Source of the DNA: Bacillota bacterium
Lineage (GTDB): Bacteria > Bacillota > Clostridia > Christensenellales > DTU072
Direction: 5' to 3'
DNA: 63,707 bases
NCBI GenBank assembly: GCA_009781445.1
Contig: WQYD01000005.1
Span: 1-63,707 of the forward strand
Shown here: positions 18,393 through 28,338 of the stretch, piece by piece
Layout: the number at the start of each line of letters is the position of its first letter
How positions within the stretch are numbered: position 1 is the first letter of the stretch
The notes under the pieces: model-generated
Database searches by the model: none
Told to the model about the DNA's origin: nothing
The model's input: only the letters and a program-made list of their open reading frames with translations
Made by a program: the position numbers and the translations under genes

Positions 18393-21139
18393 ACTTTTCC
18401 GCTTAGTTTCTTTTTAAGTTCCGCAATGGCTTTAATTGCATGAAGGAATTCGTATTCTTCTATGTGGTGGGCGAGGGGTTCTGCGCCGTCTATTGATTTA
18501 AGTTCGTCAAGGTAATTTAGGGCTTCTATGTCGCTGTCCTCTACGAGGGGGGCAAGTTTTTCTAAAAGTGCGAGGATTTGCCCTGAGTCCTTAATTTTTT
18601 GCCCTGCCGTTTTGTGCGAAGCGGTGGATTCTTCATTAAGCATAGGTTCAAGTTTTTTGAAAACTGCCTTTAATTCGGTTTCCACTTCGCTTAGTTGCTT
18701 TTCGCTTGCAAGGTTTTTGCCTTCTTTTAATGCGCTTTCAAGCGTGAGTGCCACACCGTGCAGGCGCGTTTCGCCTATTTGCCCTGCGTTACTCTTTAAT
18801 GTGTGGGCAAGCCTGTGTGCGGTTTTTATATCGCCTTTCACAAGGCTTTCTTGAATTTGGGCATAAGTTTCTGTGTTGCTTTTTAAAAAGTTTAGCTTTA
18901 GGCGTTTTTTAAGTTCGTCTTCCCTTGCTAAGGAAGTTTCCTCGCTTTCCAAGGAATAATCCACAATCGGCAAGTATTTGGCCAAGCACCGCCAAAGTTC
19001 TTGCGCTGTAAACGGTTTTCCAAGGCAAGCCACCATTCCGTTGATTTGGTAAGATTCTATGTCCGCAGTCATAACATTGGCGGTTAATGCCACAATAGGG
19101 GCTTTTGAACCAAGCCAAAGGATTTTTGCGGACGCTTCCAAGCCGTCCATTACGGGCATATGAATGTCCATAAAAATCAAATCAAAGGGCTTAACACCGC
19201 TCTTCACGCGCTTTGCCACAATGTCCACACCCTCTTTGCCGTTTGTTGCCACCACGGTTTTAAGCCCCACCCTTGAAAGGTGATCGCAAATAACTTGGCG
19301 GTTGAGTTCATTATCCTCACAGATAAGCACTTCGCCTGCAAAGTTCGGTTTTTTGAGATCGTCATGAGGGCTTTTGGCTGTGATTGCGATAATATCCGCA
19401 GAATCTGCCAAATCAAATGTGATTGTGAAGTGAAACCGCGTGCCTCTGCCGATTTCGCTTTCCACCTTAAGCTCACCGCCCATAAGTTCAATGATATTTT
19501 TTGCAATCGGAAGCCCTAAGCCCGTACCGCCGTACTTCCTTGTTACGCTTTCGTCTGCCTGTGCAAACGGCTCAAATATTTTTGCAATTTGCTCTTTTGT
19601 CATGCCGATACCAGTATCTTTAACCTCAAAATCAATGGTTGCGCTTGTGGCGTCCGCCCGCTTAATTGACGCAAGGAATTTAACCGTGCCTTCGTTATCC
19701 GTAAATTTAACCGCGTTGTGCAAAAGGTTCATAAGGGCTTGGCGCAAGCGGATAGGATCGCCCACCAATTTTTTATTCTGAGGTGGCTCTGCGTAACAAT
19801 AAAGAGTTATGTCCTTATCTTCCGCGCGGGGCAGAGCAAGTGATTTGCAGTGGGCGAAAACATCGGATAAATCAAAAGGAATTTGATCAAGAGTGGTTTT
19901 GCCAGTTTCAATTTTAGCAATGTCCAAAATATCGTTAATTATTCTTAAAAGATAATTCGCACTGCCACGGATACTGCTTAGATATTCAGCAGTTTGGGGC
20001 GGAAGTTCGCCAAGAGAGGCAAGCTCTGCAAACCCCACAATACTGTTCATAGGCGTGCGAACCTCATGGCTCATATTCGCAAGGAAGGCGGTTTTTGCGG
20101 TGTTCGCATTTTGCGCTTCCACAAGCGCACCGCGCAGGCTTTTTTCAATTTTATGCTTTTGAAGGGCAATACTCACAAGGAATGCACTCAGCACCACCGC
20201 AAGGCACGCGCCAAGGATTGAAAGGAAAACGGTAATCAGGCGGATACTGCCTGTGTAGCTTGCCACGGGGGTGGAAATGCCGAGATACCAGCCGTTACTC
20301 ATTTTGCTTACGGCGAAATATCTATCTTCGCCTTTGTGGTTGTTTGCACGAAGAATGGCGTCTGTTTTCTTGCCGTTCTTAATCAGCGATGCCATTTCTT
20401 TTAAGCCACCGTTAACGCTATCCATTTGCGAACCTATAAGACTGCCGTCATAATGCGCCATGATTGTGCGGTTTGAATCAAAAAGCATATAATCTTTGAA
20501 AACCTGCCCTGTGTACGAATCAGACGCGCCGTACAAAGACGCCACATTTATATCAATGCAAACAATCCCCATGCGCCTGCCGTTTTCGTGATAAATGTTC
20601 CGCGTGGCAGTTATAATGAACGCGTCCGCGCGCGCGCCTATATAAGGTGAGGTAAAGATTACTTCGCTGTTTTTTTCTTCGCTATCCAAAGAATACCAAG
20701 GTTGGGTGAAAGGGTTGAAATCATTTTCCGCGCTAAAAGAAAGTTCATATTTGCTTTCTACTGCGTTATCGCCAAGCCAAAACATTCCGAACACGGCTTG
20801 AAACCCTGAGGTAAAATCCGTTTCGCGCCCGAAATCCGAAATCGTGTTAATATAAGTTGCCACCTTTTCAAAAGCCTGATTATCCTCAATTAGCATTACC
20901 GCGGTTTCGGATACGGTTTTAAGCGTTGCCGAAGTTGCGTTCAATTCGGAATTAAGGTGAGATTCCACATGTTTAAGGGTTGCTTCCGCTTCGCGATCCA
21001 AATTCGCGGATTCAATATCTACCGCCAAAAAATAGGCAGGTATAACCATAAGTACAAACGCTATAAATACGGCAATAATCTGCGCGTAAGGCAAGCGTGG
21101 CTTAATTGAGTTTTTTGGCAGTGCGCCGACTTTTAACAT
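18389..21139 (-). CDS. Hybrid sensor histidine kinase (Cache-like sensor, HisKA, HATPase, REC, Hpt)
   Basis: Two TMs, FLANMSHEVRTPM, NAVKFT, GGTGLGL, FMDIHMPVMDG and AHTLKSNAG motifs. Confidence 0.93.
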   Translation of the reverse strand: MLKVGALPKNSIKPRLPYAQIIAVFIAFVLMVIPAYFLAVDIESANLDREAEATLKHVESHLNSELNATSATLKTVSETAVMLIEDNQAFEKVATYINTISDFGRETDFTSGFQAVFGMFWLGDNAVESKYELSFSAENDFNPFTQPWYSLDSEEKNSEVIFTSPYIGARADAFIITATRNIYHENGRRMGIVCIDINVASLYGASDSYTGQVFKDYMLFDSNRTIMAHYDGSLIGSQMDSVNGGLKEMASLIKNGKKTDAILRANNHKGEDRYFAVSKMSNGWYLGISTPVASYTGSIRLITVFLSILGACLAVVLSAFLVSIALQKHKIEKSLRGALVEAQNANTAKTAFLANMSHEVRTPMNSIVGFAELASLGELPPQTAEYLSSIRGSANYLLRIINDILDIAKIETGKTTLDQIPFDLSDVFAHCKSLALPRAEDKDITLYCYAEPPQNKKLVGDPIRLRQALMNLLHNAVKFTDNEGTVKFLASIKRADATSATIDFEVKDTGIGMTKEQIAKIFEPFAQADESVTRKYGGTGLGLPIAKNIIELMGGELKVESEIGRGTRFHFTITFDLADSADIIAITAKSPHDDLKKPNFAGEVLICEDNELNRQVICDHLSRVGLKTVVATNGKEGVDIVAKRVKSGVKPFDLIFMDIHMPVMDGLEASAKILWLGSKAPIVALTANVMTADIESYQINGMVACLGKPFTAQELWRCLAKYLPIVDYSLESEETSLAREDELKKRLKLNFLKSNTETYAQIQESLVKGDIKTAHRLAHTLKSNAGQIGETRLHGVALTLESALKEGKNLASEKQLSEVETELKAVFKKLEPMLNEESTASHKTAGQKIKDSGQILALLEKLAPLVEDSDIEALNYLDELKSIDGAEPLAHHIEEYEFLHAIKAIAELKKKLSGKV

Positions 21140-21371
21140 AGTTAAGAATTTTTGCGGTTGGTTAAAGCCCTATGCTTAAACCCCGCTAAATACACTGTAA
21201 CACTTTTCTTATTTAAATGCAAGAGGATATTTGAGAAGTGATTTTATACCAAAATCCATGTGTGCTTGCAAACAATAAGGCTTTTCGTGCAAATTGTTAC
21301 GATTTGTTTTAATCTTTTTAAGATTTCTGTGCTATACTTACCATATCTTCATATTGTATTTGGGGTTTTTA

Positions 21372-22631
21372 ATGAAAAAAGAAAAACAATCAACCAAAAA
21401 AGGCGCGAAAATAGTAGTTTGGACTTTTGGCGCACTTTCCGCACTTTTGTGCATTTTCGTGGTGCTATATTCAATTATGGCAATAGGGCATAGGCGGAAC
21501 GGATATAACGATATTTTCGGATATTCATGGATAAATGTTGAAACAGACAGATTTGCCCAAGGCAGTGGCGATAAGTTTAATGAGGGCGATCGCGGAATCT
21601 TTAAGCTTTCAAAAACTGCGTCCGCACGCGAAAATATTAGCAAAGAAACGCTTGTTTTGTATAAATTTAACGATAGCGTGTACTACGGCAGGGTGTATAC
21701 CACGGCTGAGGGCGGAAAAAGCTACACAATCACAAACCAATTCAGCCAAAACAGCACCGTTAGTGCGGAACATATACTTGGTGTTTATTCCTCAAAGGTT
21801 GAGGGTGGCGGTAGCTTAATTGCGTTTATGTTCGGCAATAAGGGCTATGTGGTTTTTGTGTTATTGCCCTTAATTGCGATACTTGCTTACCTAATAACCA
21901 TTTTTGTGGCAAGCTATGTGCAATATAGCAGGCAAGACGAAGCAACCCTAAAAGCCGTACCGCTAACTCATGCAGGCGCAGAGGGCGAAGCGCTAATTGG
22001 CACGGAAAGCGATTCTTATGAAGAATTTGTTTCTGAGGAAACTGCCGAAATTTATGAAACCGCAGAAATAAACGAGGATATAATTCCGCCCGAACTTCTT
22101 ATTCCCGAACCGCATACCACCAATAAATTTGTGGTTATTGCCCCCGAAGCAACCGAAACAGCCCAAATAACGGAAGAAACGGCAGAAGAAACAATAAAAG
22201 AAGAAAAGGCACAAATTTTAGATTTAGAACCGAATGCAGACACTCAACCTCTTTCAGCCCCGACAGCCACAAAGCAAGCAAAGCCGAAAGCCACTGCGAA
22301 ATCGGCAACCGCAAAACCTGCAACGGCTAAGCCCGCAACAGCAAAGTCAACAACCGCTAAGCCCTCAACGGCAAAAGTCACTGCGGAAAAACCCACAGCA
22401 ACGAAATCGGCAACCACAAAATCTGCAACGGTGAAGTCAACAACCGCTAAACCTGCAACATCAAAAACCCCTACAGTAAAAGCGACTGCGGAAAAACCTG
22501 CAACGGCTAAGCCCGCAACCCCAAAAACCGCCGTTGCTAAATCCCCAACCACAAAACCAAAAGCCCCCAAGCCCCCCGCACCTCAGAAAGTTGAAGAAAA
22601 TGAGGGCGAATGGGAAAAGATTGATACTTGA
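21372..22631 (+). CDS. Membrane protein: degenerate SipW/signal peptidase I-like domain, acidic linker and (P/S)ATAK-repeat tail
   Basis: TM, FGYS..V.TD, GD..IFK, second TM, Glu-rich segment, then ~20 Lys/Ala/Thr/Pro pentapeptides. Confidence 0.6.
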   Translation: MKKEKQSTKKGAKIVVWTFGALSALLCIFVVLYSIMAIGHRRNGYNDIFGYSWINVETDRFAQGSGDKFNEGDRGIFKLSKTASARENISKETLVLYKFNDSVYYGRVYTTAEGGKSYTITNQFSQNSTVSAEHILGVYSSKVEGGGSLIAFMFGNKGYVVFVLLPLIAILAYLITIFVASYVQYSRQDEATLKAVPLTHAGAEGEALIGTESDSYEEFVSEETAEIYETAEINEDIIPPELLIPEPHTTNKFVVIAPEATETAQITEETAEETIKEEKAQILDLEPNADTQPLSAPTATKQAKPKATAKSATAKPATAKPATAKSTTAKPSTAKVTAEKPTATKSATTKSATVKSTTAKPATSKTPTVKATAEKPATAKPATPKTAVAKSPTTKPKAPKPPAPQKVEENEGEWEKIDT

Positions 22632-22812
22632 GGAATCACTGAATAAATACCTTCGCTTTGCGACTGCCCGACACTTATGGTATCTTTTGGAACAAATCCG
22701 TCAATTTCCGCCCCTTAAGCGTAGCCCAGCTACGCCCTTGGGTTAAAAATTGCCAAATTTGTATATCCAAAATCTACTCATAATCGTTCGCGCTATTTAT
22801 TCATTGCTTCCT
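22631..22812. repeat. Long imperfect palindrome, MITE-like
   Basis: AGGAATCACTGAATAAATA...TATTTATTCATTGCTTCCT ends; apical GCGTAGC-CCA-GCTACGC (22719-22735). The left end is partly repeated at ~22822 and ~22865. Confidence 0.6.
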
Positions 22813-22907
22813 TAAAGATTTAAGGAATCACCGAAATCTATTTAGTGGTAAAAGATTGAAACTTAAGAAATCACCGAAATTTGATTTAATTTGATTTATT
22901 TATTTGC

Positions 22908-22937
22908 TTGACAAGGTATTTTTTGATATGGTACTAT
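22908..22937 (+). promoter_or_regulatory. Sigma-A promoter of the his operon
   Basis: TTGACA, 18-nt spacer, extended -10 TGgTACTAT. Confidence 0.7.
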
Positions 22938-22945
22938 TTAATTAC

Positions 22946-22963
22946 GCTTTAGCGCGCTAAAGC
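22946..22963. promoter_or_regulatory. HisR (YerC/TrpR-like) operator
   Basis: Perfect palindrome GCTTTAGCGCGCTAAAGC, matching the CTTTA-N6-TAAAG Firmicutes HisR motif, just downstream of the -10 box. Confidence 0.75.
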
Positions 22964-22987
22964 AAAACGAAGTGAGAGTATCGCAAA

Positions 22988-24625
22988 ATGGATATTGATA
23001 AGAACAGAATTACCCCCGGTGGCACTAAGGATTATATTTATGAAGAGTGCGCCAAAAGAAGAGAGTGCGAAGATTTGGTTCGTGCGATTTTAACCAGCTT
23101 TAATTATAGAGAGGTTTATACGCCCACGCTTGAGTATCTTGATGTGTTTTCAAGCGGTGTGGGCAAGATAAACGCGGATACCGTGTACACACTATCGGGG
23201 AATGACGGCAAGTTGCTTGCGTTAAGGCCCGATTCCACGAAACCCATTTCACGGCTTTATTCCTCGCGTTTGAGGGGCGAAAAATTGCCTTTAAGGCTGT
23301 TTTACAACCAATCTGTTTTTAAAAGGAATCTTGATTATTATAAAAAAGCGAACGAAATCCGCCAAATAGGCGCGGAACTTTTAGGGCAGGACGGTGAAAG
23401 CGCGGATATGGAAATGCTTACCGTTGCCCTCAAATCCATGAAAGCACTTTTCGGCAATAACTTTGCGCTTGAAATAGGGCATATGGGTTTTATGCGTTCT
23501 ATACTCAACGGGCTTAGCGGTGAATATAAGGAAAGGGCTAAAATCGCGATTTCCGCAAAAAATTATCCCGAAATCTTAAGGCTTGCAGACGAACTTTCTT
23601 TGCTTAAAGGCGGAAAGCAGGAAGCGTTGGTTGATTTGTTAAGGAAACTGCCCAAACTTTTCGGGGATAGCGAAGTGCTTTCAAAGGCGGAAAGCCTAAA
23701 AGTGAGTGCGGAAGCCTCGGAAGCTATCAAAGAACTGAAGGATATTTATAAAAAACTTAAAAAAGAGGGGCTTTCGGATAATGTAATTATAGATTTAACT
23801 GTGGTTAACGATTATGATTATTACACGGGCGTGGTTATTAAAGGCTTTGTTACAGGTGAGGGCGCGGAAGTGCTTTCGGGTGGCAGGTATAACACGCTTT
23901 ACGGTGATTATAACCTAAATGTCCCTGCCACGGGCTTTGCGATTGATTTAAATGCGGTGGCAAGGATTCTTCTAAACACCAAAAAAAGCGATAGCAAAAA
24001 ACTTACCTTGGTGCTTACCAAAGGGCGCATTCAAAATGAAATTGCAAAACGCTTTAAGGCGATTGGCATAGATATGCCCACAAGCAAGGACGAAACGCGC
24101 AAATTGATTTTTGAATTTGATAACTTCAGGGTTGTGTACGCGAAATCTAACGATGTGGTTACCTTTGTGGAACACGGCGTGGCAGACGCAGGCATTGTGG
24201 GCAAAGATACCCTTCTTGAATCAGAGATTGAAAGAGGGGTTTATGAGATTCTTGATTTAGGGCTTGCAAATTGCAGATTCGCGCTTGCGGGGCTTAAGGG
24301 CGCAGATGTTCTTTCGGGCTGTGATATTAAAACGATAGCCACCAAATACCCTGTGGTTACCAAGCGGTATTTCGGCAAGAAAATGATGGATGTTGAGATA
24401 GTTAAGATTGAGGGTTCTGTGGAACTTGCGCCGATTTTAGGGCTTGCGGACGCCATTGTGGATTTAGTGGAATCGGGCAGGACGCTTGAAGAAAACGGGC
24501 TTGAGGTTAAAGAGGAAATTCACCAAATATCCGCAAGGTTAATTGTGAACCCAGTTAGCTTAAAGCTAAAAAAGAAAGAAATTGAAGAGTTAGTAAGGAG
24601 GCTTAGCAATGATAAGAATAATTAA
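22988..24625 (+). CDS. hisZ-hisG: Fused ATP phosphoribosyltransferase regulatory subunit (HisZ) and short-form HisG
   Basis: N-terminal LRPDST, YYTGVV and GGRYNTL (HisZ). C-terminal LTKGRI, GIVGKDTLLE, IATKYP, GSVELAP and DLVESGRTL (HisG). Confidence 0.92.
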   Translation: MDIDKNRITPGGTKDYIYEECAKRRECEDLVRAILTSFNYREVYTPTLEYLDVFSSGVGKINADTVYTLSGNDGKLLALRPDSTKPISRLYSSRLRGEKLPLRLFYNQSVFKRNLDYYKKANEIRQIGAELLGQDGESADMEMLTVALKSMKALFGNNFALEIGHMGFMRSILNGLSGEYKERAKIAISAKNYPEILRLADELSLLKGGKQEALVDLLRKLPKLFGDSEVLSKAESLKVSAEASEAIKELKDIYKKLKKEGLSDNVIIDLTVVNDYDYYTGVVIKGFVTGEGAEVLSGGRYNTLYGDYNLNVPATGFAIDLNAVARILLNTKKSDSKKLTLVLTKGRIQNEIAKRFKAIGIDMPTSKDETRKLIFEFDNFRVVYAKSNDVVTFVEHGVADAGIVGKDTLLESEIERGVYEILDLGLANCRFALAGLKGADVLSGCDIKTIATKYPVVTKRYFGKKMMDVEIVKIEGSVELAPILGLADAIVDLVESGRTLEENGLEVKEEIHQISARLIVNPVSLKLKKKEIEELVRRLSNDKNN

Positions 24626-25895
24626 AGCAAACAAGAAAAGGGAATATGAATTTATTAAGGAAATCCGTTCCCGTGCAGAGGAAACGGATAAGCAAATTGA
24701 AGCTGAGGTGCGGGACATTTTAACAGCAGTTAAAACCTTTGGCGATATGGCGGTTCTTGAATTTTCAAAGCGGTTTGATAACGCACGCGAAATCAAAACC
24801 TTTACCAAGGAAGATTTTGCAAAAGCGTACGAACAGGTTCCCAAAAAGCTGAAATCGGCACTGCAAACTGCCACAAACATGATAACTGAGTTTCACAAAA
24901 AGCAGTTAACAAAGGGCTTTAAAATAGCTAAAAACGGCTATGAACTTGGGCAAACTGTAAGGGGACTTGAACGCGTGGTTGTGTACGCGCCTTGCGGAAC
25001 GGCAGGCTATTTTTCTTCCGTGCTAATGGCGGTTATTCCTGCAAAAATTGCAGGGGTTAAGGATATAGTAATAATGTCCCCCCCGCCTAAAAACGGCGAA
25101 GTTAACCAATATATTTTGGCTTCCGCGCACATTGCAGGGGCAGATTCTATGGTGCTTGTGGGCGGTGCGCACGGTATCGGCGCGTTCGCGTACGGCACAG
25201 AAAGCATACCGCGTGCGGATAAAATTGTGGGGCCGGGTAACGCTTATGTAGCCACGGCAAAAAAACTTGTGTACGGCGCGGTGGGCGTGGATATGATTGC
25301 AGGCCCAAGCGATATCACGATTATCGCAGACGAAAGCGCGAACCCCAAGTTCGTTGCCTCAGATTTGTTATCCCAAGCAGAACACGATAAATTGTCCTCA
25401 GCAATCCTCTTAACCACTTCGCAAACGCTTGCAGAAAAGGTAAAAGCGGAACTTGAGGCGCGCGCCTTAAATGAAAAGAGGCTTGAATATATTAAGCCCG
25501 CAATTGAAAATTACAGCGGAATAATCGTGTGCAAAAGTGAAAATCAATGCGTGGAACTCGCTAACCTTATCGCACCCGAACACCTTGAAATTTTAACTGT
25601 AAAACCCCGCGCAATCTTTAAAAAGATTAAAAACGCAGGTAGCGTATTCCTTGGCGAATATTCCACAGAACCCCTTGGCGATTATATCGCAGGGCTTAAC
25701 CACACACTGCCCACAAGCGGAACGGCACGGTTTTGTTCGGCATTATCCGTAGACGATTTTGTGAAAAAAATTCAATATATGGAATTTAACCGCGAAGCCT
25801 TTAACGAACTTGCCGAAAAAGCCTCATATATGGCGGAATGCGAAGGATTGTTTGCACACGCGGAAGCGATAAGAGTGAGAGGGGTTAGGGAATAA
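24609..25895 (+). CDS. hisD: Histidinol dehydrogenase
   Basis: DKIVGPGNAYV, DMIAGPS, SQAEHD, APEHLE and NHTLPT motifs. Confidence 0.97.
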   Translation: MIRIIKANKKREYEFIKEIRSRAEETDKQIEAEVRDILTAVKTFGDMAVLEFSKRFDNAREIKTFTKEDFAKAYEQVPKKLKSALQTATNMITEFHKKQLTKGFKIAKNGYELGQTVRGLERVVVYAPCGTAGYFSSVLMAVIPAKIAGVKDIVIMSPPPKNGEVNQYILASAHIAGADSMVLVGGAHGIGAFAYGTESIPRADKIVGPGNAYVATAKKLVYGAVGVDMIAGPSDITIIADESANPKFVASDLLSQAEHDKLSSAILLTTSQTLAEKVKAELEARALNEKRLEYIKPAIENYSGIIVCKSENQCVELANLIAPEHLEILTVKPRAIFKKIKNAGSVFLGEYSTEPLGDYIAGLNHTLPTSGTARFCSALSVDDFVKKIQYMEFNREAFNELAEKASYMAECEGLFAHAEAIRVRGVRE

Positions 25896-26025
25896 GTACG
25901 AAGTACAAGGTACGAATTGAGGTTAATTCAGAATTCAGAATTCAGAATGCAGAATTATGGATTAATTAACTAATAATGATATTTAGATTCCAACCCTGTA
26001 TCCTGCAACCTGCAACCTGCACCCT
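25894..26025. repeat. Heptamer-repeat cassette inside the his operon
   Basis: GTACGAA, AATTCAG x4, core CTAATAATGATATTTAGATTCC (25970-25991), ACCTGCA repeats. Confidence 0.85.
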
Positions 26026-26034
26026 AAAACAATT

Positions 26035-27060
26035 ATGTTTAAACTTGAACAAAGACTACAAAACTTCAAACCCTATGAACCCGATACGGCGGAATACCGA
26101 ATTCGTTTTGATGTAAACGAATCTTTTATAAAGCCCGATAAAGGGGCTTGCGAAAGGTTTGCCTCAAAACTTAGCGCGATAGATTTTAACCGATACCCCG
26201 ATCCTTATTGCTTTAAACTTACAAGGCTTTATGCGGATTATTTAGGTGTTAATGAAAATCAAGTGGTGGTGGGCAACGGTTCAGACGAACTTTTAAGCCT
26301 GATAGCCACTGCGTTTTTAAAGGATAACGGTAAAGTTTTAACACTTAAGCCTGATTTTCCTATGTATAAATTCTATTCCTCTTTAAGGCGGGCAGAGGTT
26401 TGCGAAGAAGAAAAGAAAGGAACTTTAGCTGAAATTGCAAAAAAAGTTAAGCCCGATATAATCTTTTTTTCCAATCCTTGCAACCCCACGGGTGCAGTGA
26501 TTAAAAAAGAAGAAGTGCTAAATCTTTTAAAGGAAACTTCCGCGCTTGTGGTGGCAGACGAAGCCTATATGGATTTTTGCGGTGAAAGTGTGGTTAGCTA
26601 TACTAAGGATTTTAATAACCTTATAGTAACAAGAACGCTTAGCAAAGCGGGGGGCATTGCAAGCGCAAGAGTGGGCTTTGCCGTGGCAAATGAGGAAACA
26701 ATCAGTGTGCTTAAAGCGGTTAAATCACCCTATAATGTGAACGCGCTTAGCCAAGCCTTTGCCGAAGCGGTGCTTGAGGATAAGGAACAATTTTTAAAAA
26801 ATATTGCTTTAATCAAAGCGTCAAAGGAAAGTTTGTTCAAAGGGCTTTCGGCAATCAAAACGGTGCTTAAAAGCCCCTTTACGCCTCAAGAATCAGGCGC
26901 AAACTTTATATATATCAAAACTGATAAAAGTGGCGAAATCAAGCAACTTTTGAAAGAAAAGGGCATGGCAGTGAGGGCTTTTGAGGGATTTTTAAGGATA
27001 AATGCAGGTAGCGAAAGCGAAAATAAAGAATTATTGGAGGTGCTGAATGAGAACAGCTGA
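26035..27060 (+). CDS. hisC: Histidinol-phosphate aminotransferase
   Basis: NRYPDP, GNGSDE, NPCNPTG, DEAY and RTLSKA motifs. Confidence 0.95.
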   Translation: MFKLEQRLQNFKPYEPDTAEYRIRFDVNESFIKPDKGACERFASKLSAIDFNRYPDPYCFKLTRLYADYLGVNENQVVVGNGSDELLSLIATAFLKDNGKVLTLKPDFPMYKFYSSLRRAEVCEEEKKGTLAEIAKKVKPDIIFFSNPCNPTGAVIKKEEVLNLLKETSALVVADEAYMDFCGESVVSYTKDFNNLIVTRTLSKAGGIASARVGFAVANEETISVLKAVKSPYNVNALSQAFAEAVLEDKEQFLKNIALIKASKESLFKGLSAIKTVLKSPFTPQESGANFIYIKTDKSGEIKQLLKEKGMAVRAFEGFLRINAGSESENKELLEVLNENS

Positions 27061-27625
27061 AATTAAAAGAGAAACTAAGGAAACCAAAATAAGCGTTATT
27101 TTGAATCTTGACGGAAGCGGTAAAGCAAATATTGCCACTGGCATAGGCTTTTTTGATCATATGTTAACCGCTTTTGCCACGCACAGCGGAATTGATTTAG
27201 AGGTGAAAGCGGTAGGCGATACCAATGTGGACACTCACCACACCGTTGAGGATACGGGCATTCTTATCGGCAAAGCCATAAAAACCGCGCTTGGCGATAA
27301 AAAAGGAATCGTGCGCTTTGCTGATTGCAATATCCCCATGGACGAAGCCTTGGGTTTTTGCGCCTTGGATATTTCGGGCAGAGGACACCTTGAATTTTTT
27401 GCACGGTTTAACCACAAGAATATCGGCGACTTTGAATCCGATTCCTGTGAAGAATTCTTCCGCGCGCTTGCCTTAAATGCGGAAATTACATTGCACTTGA
27501 GGGCAGTTTACGGAAATAACGATCACCATATTGCAGAGGCATTATTCAAGGCAACGGCAAGGTGCTTTCGGACAGCTTTAAAGGTTGAGGGAAAAAGCAT
27601 TCCTTCCACAAAGGGTTCATTATGA
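27047..27625 (+). CDS. hisB: Imidazoleglycerol-phosphate dehydratase
   Basis: RETKET, FFDHML, HHTVED and NDHHIAEA motifs. Confidence 0.97.
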   Translation: MRTAEIKRETKETKISVILNLDGSGKANIATGIGFFDHMLTAFATHSGIDLEVKAVGDTNVDTHHTVEDTGILIGKAIKTALGDKKGIVRFADCNIPMDEALGFCALDISGRGHLEFFARFNHKNIGDFESDSCEEFFRALALNAEITLHLRAVYGNNDHHIAEALFKATARCFRTALKVEGKSIPSTKGSL

Positions 27626-28338
27626 TAATATATCCTGCTATTGATTTGCTTGACGGCAAATGCGTGCGCCTTTACAAGGGCGATTATGAAAAGGTTGAAC
27701 AGGTGGCGGATTGCCCCTTTGCCACTGCTGAAAAATTTACTCTGGCAGGCGCAACGCATTTGCATGTGGTGGATTTAAACGCTTCCAAAAACGGCGAACG
27801 CGTTAATCACGAGATTATCAAAAAACTTGCTAAGTCGGGCTTAAAGGTGCAAACAGGCGGTGGAATCAGGAATCGTGATTCAATTCTTGCCTCACTTGAC
27901 GCAGGCGTATCACGCGTGATTATCGGTTCAAAAGCAGTTGAGGACAGGGAATTTTTAATAAATTCCTTAAAGGAATTCGGGGATAAAATTATCGTGGGGG
28001 TTGACGCTGAGAACGGAATTGTGAAAACCGCAGGTTGGCTTAAAAGTAGCGGAATCAATTATCTTGGTTTTATTAAGGAAATTGACTCTCTTGGCGTTAG
28101 AACCGTGGTGTTTACCGATATATCAAAAGACGGCACTTTGGGCGGTGTTTCCCTTGAAAGTTACAAAATATTGAAAAAAGAAACAAAATTGAATGTTATA
28201 GCAAGTGGCGGGGTTAAGGATTTAAGCGACATTGAGGCTTTAAAGCAAATAGGGGTTTATGGCGCAATTTGCGGAAAAAGCCTTTACGCTGGAACGCTTA
28301 ACCTTGCTAAAGCTGTGGCAGTTGCGGGGCAAAAATGA
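27622..28338 (+). CDS. hisA: ProFAR isomerase
   Basis: IYPAIDLLDGKCVRL, GGGIR and TDISKDGTL motifs. Confidence 0.96.
   Translation: MIIYPAIDLLDGKCVRLYKGDYEKVEQVADCPFATAEKFTLAGATHLHVVDLNASKNGERVNHEIIKKLAKSGLKVQTGGGIRNRDSILASLDAGVSRVIIGSKAVEDREFLINSLKEFGDKIIVGVDAENGIVKTAGWLKSSGINYLGFIKEIDSLGVRTVVFTDISKDGTLGGVSLESYKILKKETKLNVIASGGVKDLSDIEALKQIGVYGAICGKSLYAGTLNLAKAVAVAGQK

Noticed and set aside
22244-22570. Minus-strand VA(G/D)(F/L)A-repeat ORF
   Set aside because: Antisense shadow of the PATAK repeats in 21372-22631.
22631-22987. T-box or His leader-peptide attenuator before the his operon
   Set aside because: No T-box consensus or His-codon run; the promoter is only ~50 nt from the start codon and carries a HisR-like operator.
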